Shown: piece after piece, positions 50,559 to 61,109 of the stretch
Layout of the letters: the number at the start of each line of letters is the position of its first letter
How positions within the stretch are numbered: position 1 is the first letter of the stretch
Assembly (NCBI GenBank): GCA_965214935.1
Contig: CBDCCS010000010.1
Location: forward strand, 32,001 to 96,000
Reading direction: 5' to 3'
From: Candidatus Velthaea sp.
Lineage (GTDB): Bacteria; Vulcanimicrobiota; Vulcanimicrobiia; Vulcanimicrobiales; Vulcanimicrobiaceae
Length of the DNA: 64,000 nucleotides
Notes under the pieces: model-generated
The model's input: the letters and a program-made list of their open reading frames with translations, nothing else
The model's database searches: none
What the model was told of the DNA's origin: nothing
Made by a program: the position numbers and the translations under genes

Positions 50559-50588
50559 ATCATACGCAACTATATGGTTGCATGTCAA
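50559..50588 (-). promoter_or_regulatory. Sigma70-type promoter TTGACA-N18-TATGAT with palindrome GCAAC-N6-GTTGC in the spacer
   Basis: -35 at 50588-50583, -10 at 50564-50559, inverted repeat at 50566-50581, directly upstream of arsR. Confidence 0.75.
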
Positions 50589-50706
50589 GTGCGCTGCTCT
50601 TGGTCATTTGGCGAAATGACGGTTCTGCAGCCCATTCAATGTCGACGCATGCCGATTCGCCGGATTCAGGATTAAGATCGCCGGGCAAACAGCCGGCGCA
50701 AACTCG

Positions 50707-52236
50707 ATGCGCATGACGGCCGCTGCCATCATTGTCGCGTATTTTACCCTGCTCGGTGCTTCGCACTCGGCGAGTGCGCAAGGTTCGCGCGAAATGCGCG
50801 CGGAGCATCGGCTGGCAGCGATCGTCGGTAACACGCCGCTGCTCGTCGATTTCCTCACCCGCATGCCCAAGGGCGGCGATCTGCATCATCATCTGACGGG
50901 GGCGGTCTACGCGGAGCGCTACATCGACTATGCGGTCGCCGACAAAGACTGTATCGACAGAGCGACGCTCGCAATCGTCGCCGCGCCGTGCGCGGTTGAT
51001 GGATCGACCGTGCCGGCCGCACGTGCGATCGGTGATTTCCCGTTTCGCAACCGCGTGATTGACGCGTGGTCCATTCGCAACTTCACGCCCAGTCCCGACG
51101 ACCCCGATATGCGCGTGCATTTTTTCGCGACCTTCGGCAAGTTCGACCGCGTCACCAACGGCCATTGGGGCGAAATGCTCGCCGACGTCGTCGCACGCGC
51201 GGCCCAGCAGCATGAAGTGTATCTCGAGACGATGCTAACGCCGGATCAAGGCGCCGCGATTGCGCTGGCCGCACACGTCGACTACACGGCAGATCTTGAA
51301 CGACTGCGCGCTCGATTCGATGCCGCCGGCATGTCGGCCGTCGTGACGCAGGCACGTGCGCACCTCGATACGGCGGAGGCGTCGCTGCGTGCCGTGCTCG
51401 GGTGTGCGGGAGCGACCCCCGATCCGGGCTGCGGCCTTGTGCTGCGCTACCAGAACCAAGTGCTGCGCGCACTTACGCCGGTCCAAGTCTTTGCACAGAT
51501 GTTGGCCGGCTTCGAGCTCGCGCGAGCCGATTCACGCGTCGTTGCGGTCAATCTCGTGCAATCACAAGACGAATATCGCGCGCTGCATGATTTTGCACTG
51601 CATATGCGCATGCTCGCCTATCTTCACGCGCTTTATCCGATGGTACATATCAGTCTGCATGCCGGCGAACTTACGCCGGGCGAGGTGCCACCGGCAGAAC
51701 TTTACGGCTCGCATATTCGCGACTCGATCGACATCGGCCATGCCGAGCGGATCGGTCACGGCCTCGACATTGCATACGAGCGAAATGCGCCGGCGTTGCT
51801 GGCGGAGATGCGACGCAAACATATTCTGGTCGAGGACTGCCTGTTCAGTCATGAAGTCGTACGCGGCATGCGCGGACGTGACAACGTACTACCGATGTAT
51901 TTGGCCGCCGGCGTCCCGGTTGCGCTTGCGACCGACGATGAAGGTATCGTGCGCTCCGAGCTTACGTGGTACTTCCGACGTGCGGTCGAAGGCTATCATA
52001 TCGATTACCTGACACTCAAACGCATGGTCCGCGATAGTCTCGATCATGCGTTTTTGCCCGGCGCGAGCTTGTGGGCCGCGCCGGAGAAATTTACGCCGGT
52101 TGCGGTTTGCGCGGGCGAAATTCCGGGCGGCGTTCCGCGGAGTGCTACCTGCCGGCGCTATCTTGCGCGCAGCAAACGCGCGGCGCTAGAGTGGCGCGAA
52201 GAAGTTGAATTCGATCGCTTTGAAGGGCAGATCTGA
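50707..52236 (+). CDS. Secreted adenosine deaminase family protein
   Basis: Signal peptide ending ASA; MPKGGDLHHH, LHAGE, RIGHG, ATDDEG. Confidence 0.9.
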   Translation: MRMTAAAIIVAYFTLLGASHSASAQGSREMRAEHRLAAIVGNTPLLVDFLTRMPKGGDLHHHLTGAVYAERYIDYAVADKDCIDRATLAIVAAPCAVDGSTVPAARAIGDFPFRNRVIDAWSIRNFTPSPDDPDMRVHFFATFGKFDRVTNGHWGEMLADVVARAAQQHEVYLETMLTPDQGAAIALAAHVDYTADLERLRARFDAAGMSAVVTQARAHLDTAEASLRAVLGCAGATPDPGCGLVLRYQNQVLRALTPVQVFAQMLAGFELARADSRVVAVNLVQSQDEYRALHDFALHMRMLAYLHALYPMVHISLHAGELTPGEVPPAELYGSHIRDSIDIGHAERIGHGLDIAYERNAPALLAEMRRKHILVEDCLFSHEVVRGMRGRDNVLPMYLAAGVPVALATDDEGIVRSELTWYFRRAVEGYHIDYLTLKRMVRDSLDHAFLPGASLWAAPEKFTPVAVCAGEIPGGVPRSATCRRYLARSKRAALEWREEVEFDRFEGQI

Positions 52237-52610
52237 CGCTCAGATCCTTGAGCCGCACCAGTTGGGCTACCGTCGGCAATTTCAGCGCTAACGCGCTGGT
52301 GCTCCTAATTTTTACGGTACCCATAAAGTGTCTTATCACGTCTAACGCTAGCGTCGGTTATTTAAAGCGTCCGTAACGCGATCGACGCTAAGATTATAAT
52401 TGTATTCTCTCTACATGGTACTAAGTATTAAGTCGGTTTATCTGGAAACGGCCCCGCGATCGAAGGTAAGAAGCCGTAATCGTCGTTTTAATCTCCGTCT
52501 TTTATTGTTTTCATTCGACATTCATGCTACACATGTGACTTATAGACGTTGCGTCCTTCAGCTAAATGATCGTGGTGAGCAAATTACCCTTTCGCAGTAT
52601 GCCTCGTGCC

Positions 52611-53171
52611 TTACGGTGCGTCTCCGGCGTTTGCACGCTGTTCTTTTTCCGGCTGCTCGATGGCAAGGTACGTTACGAGATCCCATGCGTTGTGCAAACC
52701 GATGAATAGCATGAGCAGGACGGCCGCGGCGAGCGCATAGGGCGCTCCGAGCGTATACATTGGAAGCAATAACGCGCCGAGAAAGATTAGCAAGTATGAC
52801 ACAAGCGGAAGCAGCGTGTGCCAGACCCAATCCTCAACATCGGGTTTGTAATCGGCAACGCGGCTCATACGGAAGGCGACTTGCAAGATGTACGCCATGC
52901 CGTAAATGCCGGTGATGCCCAATAGCACGCGTGGATAGACGAACGTCCGCCAAGGCGCGCTCATCACCGCCGCGACGAGTAGCGCTGCGCCGAAGTGAAC
53001 GATCGTCGGCGTACTAAAAACGGCGGTTGCGAAGCTCGACCGGGGCACGCGACCCGAACCGCTGATAAGCGTGAGCACGACGAACATCAGGCCGGTCAAA
53101 GCGGCAGCCGACGATCCCATGATGACGTAAAAGTTTGCCCACGCCTGAAGCAGCGATTCGGGATGATCCAT
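52611..53171 (-). CDS. Hypothetical integral membrane protein
   Basis: W.NFYVI.GSSAAALTGL.FV...IGLHNAWD; about six TM helices. Confidence 0.85.
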   Translation of the reverse strand: MDHPESLLQAWANFYVIMGSSAAALTGLMFVVLTLISGSGRVPRSSFATAVFSTPTIVHFGAALLVAAVMSAPWRTFVYPRVLLGITGIYGMAYILQVAFRMSRVADYKPDVEDWVWHTLLPLVSYLLIFLGALLLPMYTLGAPYALAAAVLLMLFIGLHNAWDLVTYLAIEQPEKEQRANAGDAP

Positions 53172-53552
53172 CGGCTTGCGTCCCAACGCAACGAGCGATG
53201 CCGCGCCTCTTGCGCGCGGAGCATAATCGTTAGCAGCGGTTCGCTTAGGCTTTTCCCGGCGTCATCCCTCGCTTAAATGGCTTATCAGCATTGTGACGAT
53301 GTTCGCGCTCGCATGATAACAGCGACTGCGTCGCTCGATCGCTCGGTTTCGAGCCTACGGCTCGGTGATAACGGCTTCTACCTTCATCAAGCGTCGCAAA
53401 ATATGTATGCTTGCATTACCCGAATACCGCTCGACAACCCGATTACGATCCGTCCGTAGCAAACGCGACGTCCGCCATACTTCTTACGAGCCTCAGCCGG
53501 ACAAATGAGAGAACTTTGAGCAAACGCTAGCGACCGCGTCGAGTCGCGTTCG

Positions 53553-54524
53553 TTAAACGGGCGTTGTCGATCGTGGAGGATGGAGTGGCGACGAGACCGT
53601 CGCGTCGAGCGCGAGCACGATTTTACCGCGCGACTTGCGACGCGCCAGCTCTCGATATGCATCGTGTAGCAAATCAAATGGATACACGGCCGCGATCGGC
53701 ATGACAAGTTCGCCCCACGCAATGAAGTTCGCAATCTCCGTTAGTATTTCGGGGCTTGCAGCCGCCGCAGAACCGTCGGTTTTGATACCGTGCTTGGCTG
53801 CACCGGCAAAGTCGATGATCGTATCGATGCGCTCGCGGGCGATTCCGAGTTCGAGCGCGAGATCGAGATAACCGCCACCGAAAAGATCGATAAACGCATC
53901 GATACCCTGCGGCACCGCTGTCTTCAGTCGCTCCGAAAGGCCGTCGCCGTATGCGACATGTTCGACGCCGACCGATTGTAGAAACGCCGCATTCTCGTCG
54001 CTCGCGATGCCGATGACGCGCGCTCCGGCGCGTCGCGCGAGTTGTATTGCAAGACAGCCGACTCCACCGGCAGCGCCGCTAACGGCAACAACGTCGCCGG
54101 CTTTCAAGGCGACTGCCCGCACGGCGCCGACCGCCGTCGTTGCTACGACGTAGAGACTACCGGCGCGAAACCAGTCAAGCATCGGCGGTTTCGCAATGAG
54201 TTTCGCCGGCTCGCTGACGACGTACTCGGCTTGCGACGACCGTTGTTCGGACCAACCGATAACTTCGTCGCCGACGGCAAACTGCGTTACACCGGTACCG
54301 GTAGCGCTAACGCGTCCGGCGTAATCCGTTCCTTGCCCGAACGGAAAGTCGCGCGGATACATATCTTTGAGATAACCTTCGCGGATCGAGATCTCACCCG
54401 GATTCGTTCCAGCGGCGACGACCTGCACCAACACTTCCCCCGGTTTCGGCTCGGGTGTCGCAACATCGACGATTTCGAGTTGTTCGATTCCGCCGTAAGC
54501 GGACAGTTGCACGGCTTTCGGCAT
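53553..54524 (-). CDS. NADP-dependent oxidoreductase (MDR/quinone reductase-like)
   Basis: P.P.PGEVLV.V.AAG.NP, G.D.AG.V, GAAGGVG, RGKIVL. Confidence 0.93.
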   Translation of the reverse strand: MPKAVQLSAYGGIEQLEIVDVATPEPKPGEVLVQVVAAGTNPGEISIREGYLKDMYPRDFPFGQGTDYAGRVSATGTGVTQFAVGDEVIGWSEQRSSQAEYVVSEPAKLIAKPPMLDWFRAGSLYVVATTAVGAVRAVALKAGDVVAVSGAAGGVGCLAIQLARRAGARVIGIASDENAAFLQSVGVEHVAYGDGLSERLKTAVPQGIDAFIDLFGGGYLDLALELGIARERIDTIIDFAGAAKHGIKTDGSAAAASPEILTEIANFIAWGELVMPIAAVYPFDLLHDAYRELARRKSRGKIVLALDATVSSPLHPPRSTTPV

Positions 54525-55264
54525 ATCCGTCGCGGTTCCGTTAGCGCATGAAGCAGCCCTGCGGAATCCCATGCAGCGTTCGGAACACCGGCGCATCGAT
54601 TGCACTTGTATGAATTCGATCGCCGTCTCGACTTCGCATCTGATCGCGGCGGGCACTGAATCATCGGATACGATCGGGTGCCGAGAAAGCAACAACAGCA
54701 AAGTTGCTTGGCGTTACGCGAATCGCAACGTCGGTCATTGCTTTGCACACCGGAGGTGAACGGGTTCTGCACAGTGCTAAGGCTATTCGCTATTAACGGC
54801 CATTACGTTATACATGGAAACACGGCGCGCGTAGACGTGAGTCAACGGCTATGACAAATCGCGTTTGAGACGGTAACTGATACGGCTCGGCCTGCTACCT
54901 GCGTCGAGTAACTCGCCGTTGCGCACGACATTCTCTCGAAAAGACGGCTTGCAACACGCGAATGCGCCGATTCGCACGCTCTCGTCCGAGCCGCACAGTT
55001 ACTCACGATTGAGACGTCCGGCGATCTGGCGTCGGCCGCGAAACGTCAGGTGCAGCAAGTCGCCACTCGCAACGGCACTGCACCCGGTTATCGTTGAACG
55101 AGAATCGTCAGATGCCGTTCACATCGGCTCGTCTTCATGTGAAGTGCGCGTACGACGGTAAGCCTGGCAGGGTCCCCGTCGATTGCCGTGTCGTCGCCCG
55201 GGCGGAGGAAGTCGCCCTTGGCGTCGAAGCGCATCGCTCGCGGTCTTTTTCCGGAGCCGGCAAC

Positions 55265-57046
55265 ATGGCATACGAATACAATCCGAACTCCGCTCGATTC
55301 GACATCCCTAATCCGCATCGGATCGAGAACGTGTTCATCGGCATCTGCGGCGTGGCATGCTTCGTCGCGGGCATTTGGCTGTTGGTCGAAGCGCGAACCA
55401 ACTATTTTGAGCGGGACCCTGCGCGATTTGCAAAATCGATCGTGTCCGCGCTGAGTTTGCTTGCGTTGGCAATCTCGTTTGCGTACGTGGTAATGCAGCA
55501 GTTGCGCTTCTTCTTCGGTCGTGGTCAGCCCGCCGATCTCGTGCCGAGCTTGAGCGGCGATGAAATCGGCTACCGGCCCGCAGACGGCTCGGGCCGCCAG
55601 ATCGGCGATGCGGCAGTGCTGCGTCAAACGCTTCAACAAAACGCAATAACGTACCGAATTCCGAAAGGTCCGATCGACAGCTTTTTGTATTCGATCGTGC
55701 GTAGTTTGGTGTACTCGCCGCGGCTGACGCAAGATCGCGTGCGCGCGCAGTTCCGAAATTTGCTTGCAATCACGTTCGTTCTGTTGCTTTTCGCGGTGTC
55801 GCTGCTCGGCATCCGTAATGCCGCGGCGATCGGCTGGATCGGCTGGTTCTACTTCTTCCTGACGAACGCGGTCGTGCTGCAGCCGATTTTCGGCGGCCGG
55901 CTTAGACGCGTGCAATTCTCGGAACGCCTCGTCGTCGGTTTTATTGCGCTGGCGATCGTCATGCCGGCGATCTTCGCATCGCTCGTGCCGCCACGCGGCT
56001 ACACCTTAGCCCCGTACATCGACATCGTGCCCGTCACGTTTCTCATCCTGGTTACGGCATTTAGCGTGACACTGCTGCTTTTTCGCGCGGGCATTGCAAA
56101 CACCATCAAGCCGACGCAAATTGCCATCGCGCCGCATCTTGAAACGCCTAGCGTCAACGTGAGCCCCGAGCAGATTTACACCGAGCTCAAGCGCGAACTG
56201 CAGCGGCAGTGGCAAGAGCAAGTTCCGAACCGGACGTACATGCGGCGTCTACCGGACGTCAGTGCGCGGCAGGGCGCCTTTAGCGCCGACGTAATCGAAG
56301 AAACGCAGCCGATCCCCGTCGACGTCCAACCAATGACGTTCGAGCGCGCGTTTGCTTTATCGACTACTCGGCCGTTAGTGATCGTCGACGTCGTTTGTGC
56401 GGCGCTAACGATCCTTGGTGTGCTGCTCGTATGTGCGGGAACGCGCGGGTACACTTCGTACGATTCGCTCGTTGCCGGCGGTGCGTCTGTGCTCGTCGGT
56501 GCGGCCGGGATTCGCTCGGCGAACGATTTCTGGCGCCGCTTCGAGTTTACGTCGCGTATTTACTGGATCGACTGGAACGGCACCTATGCTCGCGCGGCGA
56601 CCAAGATCGGCGCGCTGTTGACCGATCGCGTTCACACCGAGCGCGAAGTTATCAGCGTGGAATCGATGACCCTGCGCGTGTGGGTCGCGGAACTCGACTC
56701 AGTGGCATTCAATACCGACCAAGATCGCGATCTTGTCGCCATCCGCGGACTTCCATTAGAAGCTGAACGTCTGGGGCGCTGGCTCTCGGCCTTTGCCTAT
56801 AATCAAGGCTCAATTATGGCACCGACGTCGGCCGTCGACGTTGCCCGCATGGAAGCGATCAATACCTTAAATGTCGATCCGATGGCCGAAACAGCGCACG
56901 TTCCGCGCATCGATCCGGCGCTGCAGTCGGGCATAAGGACGGGCGCTGTAACTCCCCCGCTGCATCGCTTTTGCGTCAGCTGCGGTGCCAAAGCTGCGGC
57001 CGCCGGTGCGCTTTTTTGCTCGTCGTGCGGCGCCAAGCTCCTCTAG
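55265..57046 (+). CDS. Multi-pass membrane protein with C-terminal zinc ribbon
   Basis: About eight hydrophobic segments; FCVSCG...FCSSCG at the C-terminus; GGAG upstream of ATG 55265. Confidence 0.8.
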   Translation: MAYEYNPNSARFDIPNPHRIENVFIGICGVACFVAGIWLLVEARTNYFERDPARFAKSIVSALSLLALAISFAYVVMQQLRFFFGRGQPADLVPSLSGDEIGYRPADGSGRQIGDAAVLRQTLQQNAITYRIPKGPIDSFLYSIVRSLVYSPRLTQDRVRAQFRNLLAITFVLLLFAVSLLGIRNAAAIGWIGWFYFFLTNAVVLQPIFGGRLRRVQFSERLVVGFIALAIVMPAIFASLVPPRGYTLAPYIDIVPVTFLILVTAFSVTLLLFRAGIANTIKPTQIAIAPHLETPSVNVSPEQIYTELKRELQRQWQEQVPNRTYMRRLPDVSARQGAFSADVIEETQPIPVDVQPMTFERAFALSTTRPLVIVDVVCAALTILGVLLVCAGTRGYTSYDSLVAGGASVLVGAAGIRSANDFWRRFEFTSRIYWIDWNGTYARAATKIGALLTDRVHTEREVISVESMTLRVWVAELDSVAFNTDQDRDLVAIRGLPLEAERLGRWLSAFAYNQGSIMAPTSAVDVARMEAINTLNVDPMAETAHVPRIDPALQSGIRTGAVTPPLHRFCVSCGAKAAAAGALFCSSCGAKLL

Positions 57047-57454
57047 ATACGTTCAGCGAAAGCACGTCGAGCGATGCTTTCGCCTTGAAAGTAGACAAAG
57101 GCCGCGAAACGCTACGTCGCGCGTCGTCACAGCGCATCAACACAGGAAACCGCGTTGTCGTAGAAATTCGGGAAACGAGCTACTCTTGCTTCGATGAATC
57201 TCCAATAACGCTACCGGCCTATCTACTGTTCCAAGCGAGACTTGCCGGCGATTCGGCCTGACGAACAAAGGTGACGGGATGCGTTGCTCGCAGAGCTTTA
57301 TTTAATCGCCTAAGCAACGCGCCGGCAAAATGCGGAACTCGAGGTAGCGGCTGTGGCGCCGGAATCGAGACGTAAACGACCGGTGAGGAAGACGGCAGTG
57401 TTCCTGTCGCCGACTACGTACGCGGCCGGTACGACTTGCCGTTACAATAGTGCG

Positions 57455-59350
57455 ATGGAACGTTTGAGACGTCTGGTCTTCGCACTGTGCTCTACCGTCT
57501 TGGGAAGTACCCTCGCAGCAACGCCGGTGGCCGCAAGGATTCTCCCGGTCGCGCCGGCTCTCGGTGCGATCAGCGCCAACCAAAACGTTGCGCCGGGTGG
57601 CAGCCTGCAGCACGGGCGGCTGCGCATCGCGCTCGTTGCGCGGCGCGGACTGTGGCGTCCCGATGGACCCGGAACGCTCGGACTCCCGATCGAAGCGTTC
57701 GGCGAAGCCGGGCGGCCGCTTCAAATTCCTGGTCCGCTCGTCCGGGTACCGCTCGGCACGCGCGTCGAGGCAAGTGTCCGCAATGAGCTTCCGCACGACA
57801 TTTTCGTGCGCGGTCTCAGCGCGCCGGCCGGCGCGGCGGCGCGTGTCTTACGCGTTCGCCGCGGCGCAATCCGTCGCGTCACGTTCCTACTCGATAAGCC
57901 GGGAACGTTCGGCTACTACGCAAGTACGACCGGCGAAACGGTTGATTCGCGTATCTTCGACGATGCAGAGCTGTCCGGAGCGATCGTGGTCGACGCGCCG
58001 CATGTGCCGCGCATCGACCATGTGTTCGTGCTCGGCGTCTATGCGCCCGTGCGGCGCCCCGATGGATCGCCGCATTTCATCTACTTACTCGAAACCATTA
58101 ACGGCCGCTCGTTTCCGGCAACCGAACGGCTCGTCTATCAGCGCGGCCGCCGCGTCCGCTGGGGCGTTTACAACGCCAGCTCGTTAATTCATCCGATGCA
58201 CTTGCACGGTTTCTTCTTTCGCACCGACCGGCCCGATGCGTACGACGAGGTGACGCACCCGTTTTACCCGGGCGATGCTGAGGTGCTATCGTGGACAGCG
58301 GATCGCGCCGGTGATTGGATGTTTCATTGTCACATCGACGATCACATCACGCGTCACGCACCATTACGCGCTATGCTGGCGCGCAAACCCGATCCGCAGC
58401 TGACGGTTACCAAGCGCTATCATCTCGCGAATCAGCCGATGGCTTCAATGGTCGTCGCCGTTAGCGTTTTACCCGGTAGTCACGGTCGCGAAGCGGTGGC
58501 GGCCTCGCCCGCACGTACGCTCGCGCTCGACATTAATTCGGATGTTGTCCCCGGTGCGCAGTTCGGCTTATCGCGTGACTCGTTCAAGCTGACTGAAAAC
58601 GGGCGCACCGCGTCGTCGACGGGGTCGCTTGGACCGCCGATCGTGCTGACGCAGGGTGCACCGGTTGCGATTGCCGTGACGAATCACATGTCGGAATCGA
58701 CGAGCATTCACTGGCATGGAATAGCGCTTGAGAACAGTTACTTCGACGGCGGCGCCGGCATGGGGATGGCGTCGATGTCGAGCGGGCGGATGCCGCCGGC
58801 AATTGCACCGGGCGATACGTTCGTCGCGCGCTTCGTCCCGCCTGACGCCGGAACGTTCACGTATCATTCTCATCTTGATGACGGGTGGCAACTTGCCGGT
58901 GGACTCAGCGGGCCATTGATCGTTTTGCCGCGCGGACAAGAGTTCGACGGACGGACCGATCACATTGTGATGATCTCCGAATTCTTTTCCAACGCCGGGC
59001 GTCCGCCGCTGGCGATCAACGGCTTTGCACCGCCGCCCGCAATTGTCGCGCATGCCGGCACGGCGCAACGCTTGCGCTTTGCGAACCTGACGCTGGCCGG
59101 TCAAAATCTCGTTGTTTCACTCTGCGACGGAGCGCGCGTCTTGCAATGGTCGCCGATTGCAAAGGACGGGCGCGACATGCCGCTTCGGCTGCAGCGCCCC
59201 GGCGTCGCGACGCACGCGCTGACGATCGGTGAAACGCGCGATTTCCGCTTTACTCCGGAACGTGCCGGAACGCTCACGCTCAACGTCTACGACGCGGATG
59301 ATAACGGCGCACTGGTCGCCTCCCAGCGTATCGACGTGTCGGGACCCTAA
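57455..59350 (+). CDS. Secreted multicopper oxidase
   Basis: Signal peptide; HPMHLHG, WMFHCHIDDH, SIHWHG, YHSH. Confidence 0.9.
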   Translation: MERLRRLVFALCSTVLGSTLAATPVAARILPVAPALGAISANQNVAPGGSLQHGRLRIALVARRGLWRPDGPGTLGLPIEAFGEAGRPLQIPGPLVRVPLGTRVEASVRNELPHDIFVRGLSAPAGAAARVLRVRRGAIRRVTFLLDKPGTFGYYASTTGETVDSRIFDDAELSGAIVVDAPHVPRIDHVFVLGVYAPVRRPDGSPHFIYLLETINGRSFPATERLVYQRGRRVRWGVYNASSLIHPMHLHGFFFRTDRPDAYDEVTHPFYPGDAEVLSWTADRAGDWMFHCHIDDHITRHAPLRAMLARKPDPQLTVTKRYHLANQPMASMVVAVSVLPGSHGREAVAASPARTLALDINSDVVPGAQFGLSRDSFKLTENGRTASSTGSLGPPIVLTQGAPVAIAVTNHMSESTSIHWHGIALENSYFDGGAGMGMASMSSGRMPPAIAPGDTFVARFVPPDAGTFTYHSHLDDGWQLAGGLSGPLIVLPRGQEFDGRTDHIVMISEFFSNAGRPPLAINGFAPPPAIVAHAGTAQRLRFANLTLAGQNLVVSLCDGARVLQWSPIAKDGRDMPLRLQRPGVATHALTIGETRDFRFTPERAGTLTLNVYDADDNGALVASQRIDVSGP

Positions 59351-59522
59351 GGTCGTTTGAGCCGCTTCACGTTGCGGTCGGGTTGTTGCCGGCCGGCAGC
59401 ACGATCGACTCCGATCGTGCAAACGCTACCGCATCGAAGTGCGGCGTCCATTCAGAACCCTTGCGGGCAGGAGCGGCAGCTCATGCCGTGAGGTTGCGGC
59501 GACAATTCGGAATCAGTTGCCG

Positions 59523-61109
59523 TTACGCGATCGCGCCGGTGTTTCGAGATGGAGAACCCGAACTCGATTCACGCAAAAACGCCTCGGCCGTTCGCAAGCT
59601 GAGCGCCATGATCGTGAGCGCCGGATTTGCCGACAAGGAGCTTGGAAAGACCGAGTTATCGCAGATCCACAAATTCTTGATATCAAAGCTTCGACCCGCG
59701 TTGTCGACGACGGCGGTACGCGGATCGTTGCCCATGCGGCACGTGCCGATCGTGTGAGCGAAGCGATCGAGGCTCCACACATCAGTTGCCGCAGCTTGCT
59801 GCCAAAGTTCGCCCATCAGCTTCTCGGCGTGCCGCTTTACGAGCGTTTCGTTCGGCCCGGCAGTGAAGTATACGCGCGGTTTGCGCATCCCGGTTTGGTC
59901 GGCCTCATCGGCAAGCTCGAGATAGTTGCCGGCTTGCGGCAAGCACTCCCCGTTGATACCGATGCCCGCAACGTGATTGTAGCGCTGAAGATAATCAACT
60001 AAGGATTGACCCCATAAGCCGCGGCCACGCGTTACGTTTTGGCCCCATGTGATCGGAACGACGCCGAGACTTTGCACGATATACCCGCCTGCAAAATCCG
60101 CGTCTGCCGCCCGTACCAAGTCCTCGGTGATAAGCGACGACGGGTAACCTTTGTTGGGCCGTATCTCGGATTCAAACGTGCCCCAAACTTGTGTGGCAAC
60201 GTGAGCCATGTAGTTGCGGCCGACCTGACCGCTTGAATTCGCGATCCCGAGATGCAAAAGTAAGCGCGGCGTCTCGATCGCGCCGGCGCACAAGAATACC
60301 GCACGACAGCGTTGCCGCCGCTCGCCGCCGCCGCTCCGGTAGATGACCGCGTCGATAGTGCGGCTCGTATTGAATTCGAATCCGACGACGGTACATTCCG
60401 GACGAATCTCGGCACCCGCATCGACGGCTAATGGAAGATACGTAACATCCATACTCGCCTTTGCACCGATCCGGCAACCCTGATGGCACGCGCCGCAATT
60501 GATGCAAGCCGGGCGCACGAGGTTGTCGGTTTGCACGTGATTTCGCGACACGACGGCAACGGGCGCGTCGGTCGCCCGCAGTCCGAGCGCGGTACAAGCC
60601 GCGTGCATCAGCTGCGCCGGTGCATTGCGCGCTACGGGCGGTAGCGGATAGCGCCGCGCTGCATCCCACGGATACGAATGAGGGCCGGACATGCCGATGA
60701 ACGCTTCGACGCGCTTGTAATACGGAATGAGTTCCTCGATCGTCAACGGCCAGTCTGCGCCGACGCCGAACTCGGTATGCATCCGCAAGTCGCGTTGATC
60801 CGCGCGCGGACAGAATGCACCCCAGTGTAATGTCGAGCCGCCGACGCCCGTTCCGCTATTATTTGCGCCAAAGACATTGGGCGTCTCGCCTGCGCTCAAG
60901 CGCTCGTTGAGCCAATAGATACCGCATGCCGCAATTTCATCGGCGGCAAAGTCTTCGGGCGTCCAGTTTCGCCCGGCTTCGAGAGCTACTACCGACAAGC
61001 CGGCGCTTGCCAAACGCGCCAGCAGCGGTGACCCGCCGGCGCCGGTTCCGATAACAACGGCGTCGACGTTATCAGCGTCGCGATACTGCTTCATTGCGGC
61101 GAGGTTCAT
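59523..61109 (-). CDS. GMC family flavin oxidoreductase
   Basis: VIGTGAGG, GVGGSTLHW, CINCGACHQGC, AGAIETPRLL, H..GTCRMG, ANP.LTIMA. Confidence 0.94.
   Translation of the reverse strand: MNLAAMKQYRDADNVDAVVIGTGAGGSPLLARLASAGLSVVALEAGRNWTPEDFAADEIAACGIYWLNERLSAGETPNVFGANNSGTGVGGSTLHWGAFCPRADQRDLRMHTEFGVGADWPLTIEELIPYYKRVEAFIGMSGPHSYPWDAARRYPLPPVARNAPAQLMHAACTALGLRATDAPVAVVSRNHVQTDNLVRPACINCGACHQGCRIGAKASMDVTYLPLAVDAGAEIRPECTVVGFEFNTSRTIDAVIYRSGGGERRQRCRAVFLCAGAIETPRLLLHLGIANSSGQVGRNYMAHVATQVWGTFESEIRPNKGYPSSLITEDLVRAADADFAGGYIVQSLGVVPITWGQNVTRGRGLWGQSLVDYLQRYNHVAGIGINGECLPQAGNYLELADEADQTGMRKPRVYFTAGPNETLVKRHAEKLMGELWQQAAATDVWSLDRFAHTIGTCRMGNDPRTAVVDNAGRSFDIKNLWICDNSVFPSSLSANPALTIMALSLRTAEAFLRESSSGSPSRNTGAIA

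Noticed and set aside
53280..53520. Possible BrnT-like toxin remnant (RKKYGGRRVCYGRI)
   Set aside because: Similarity too short and weak to call.
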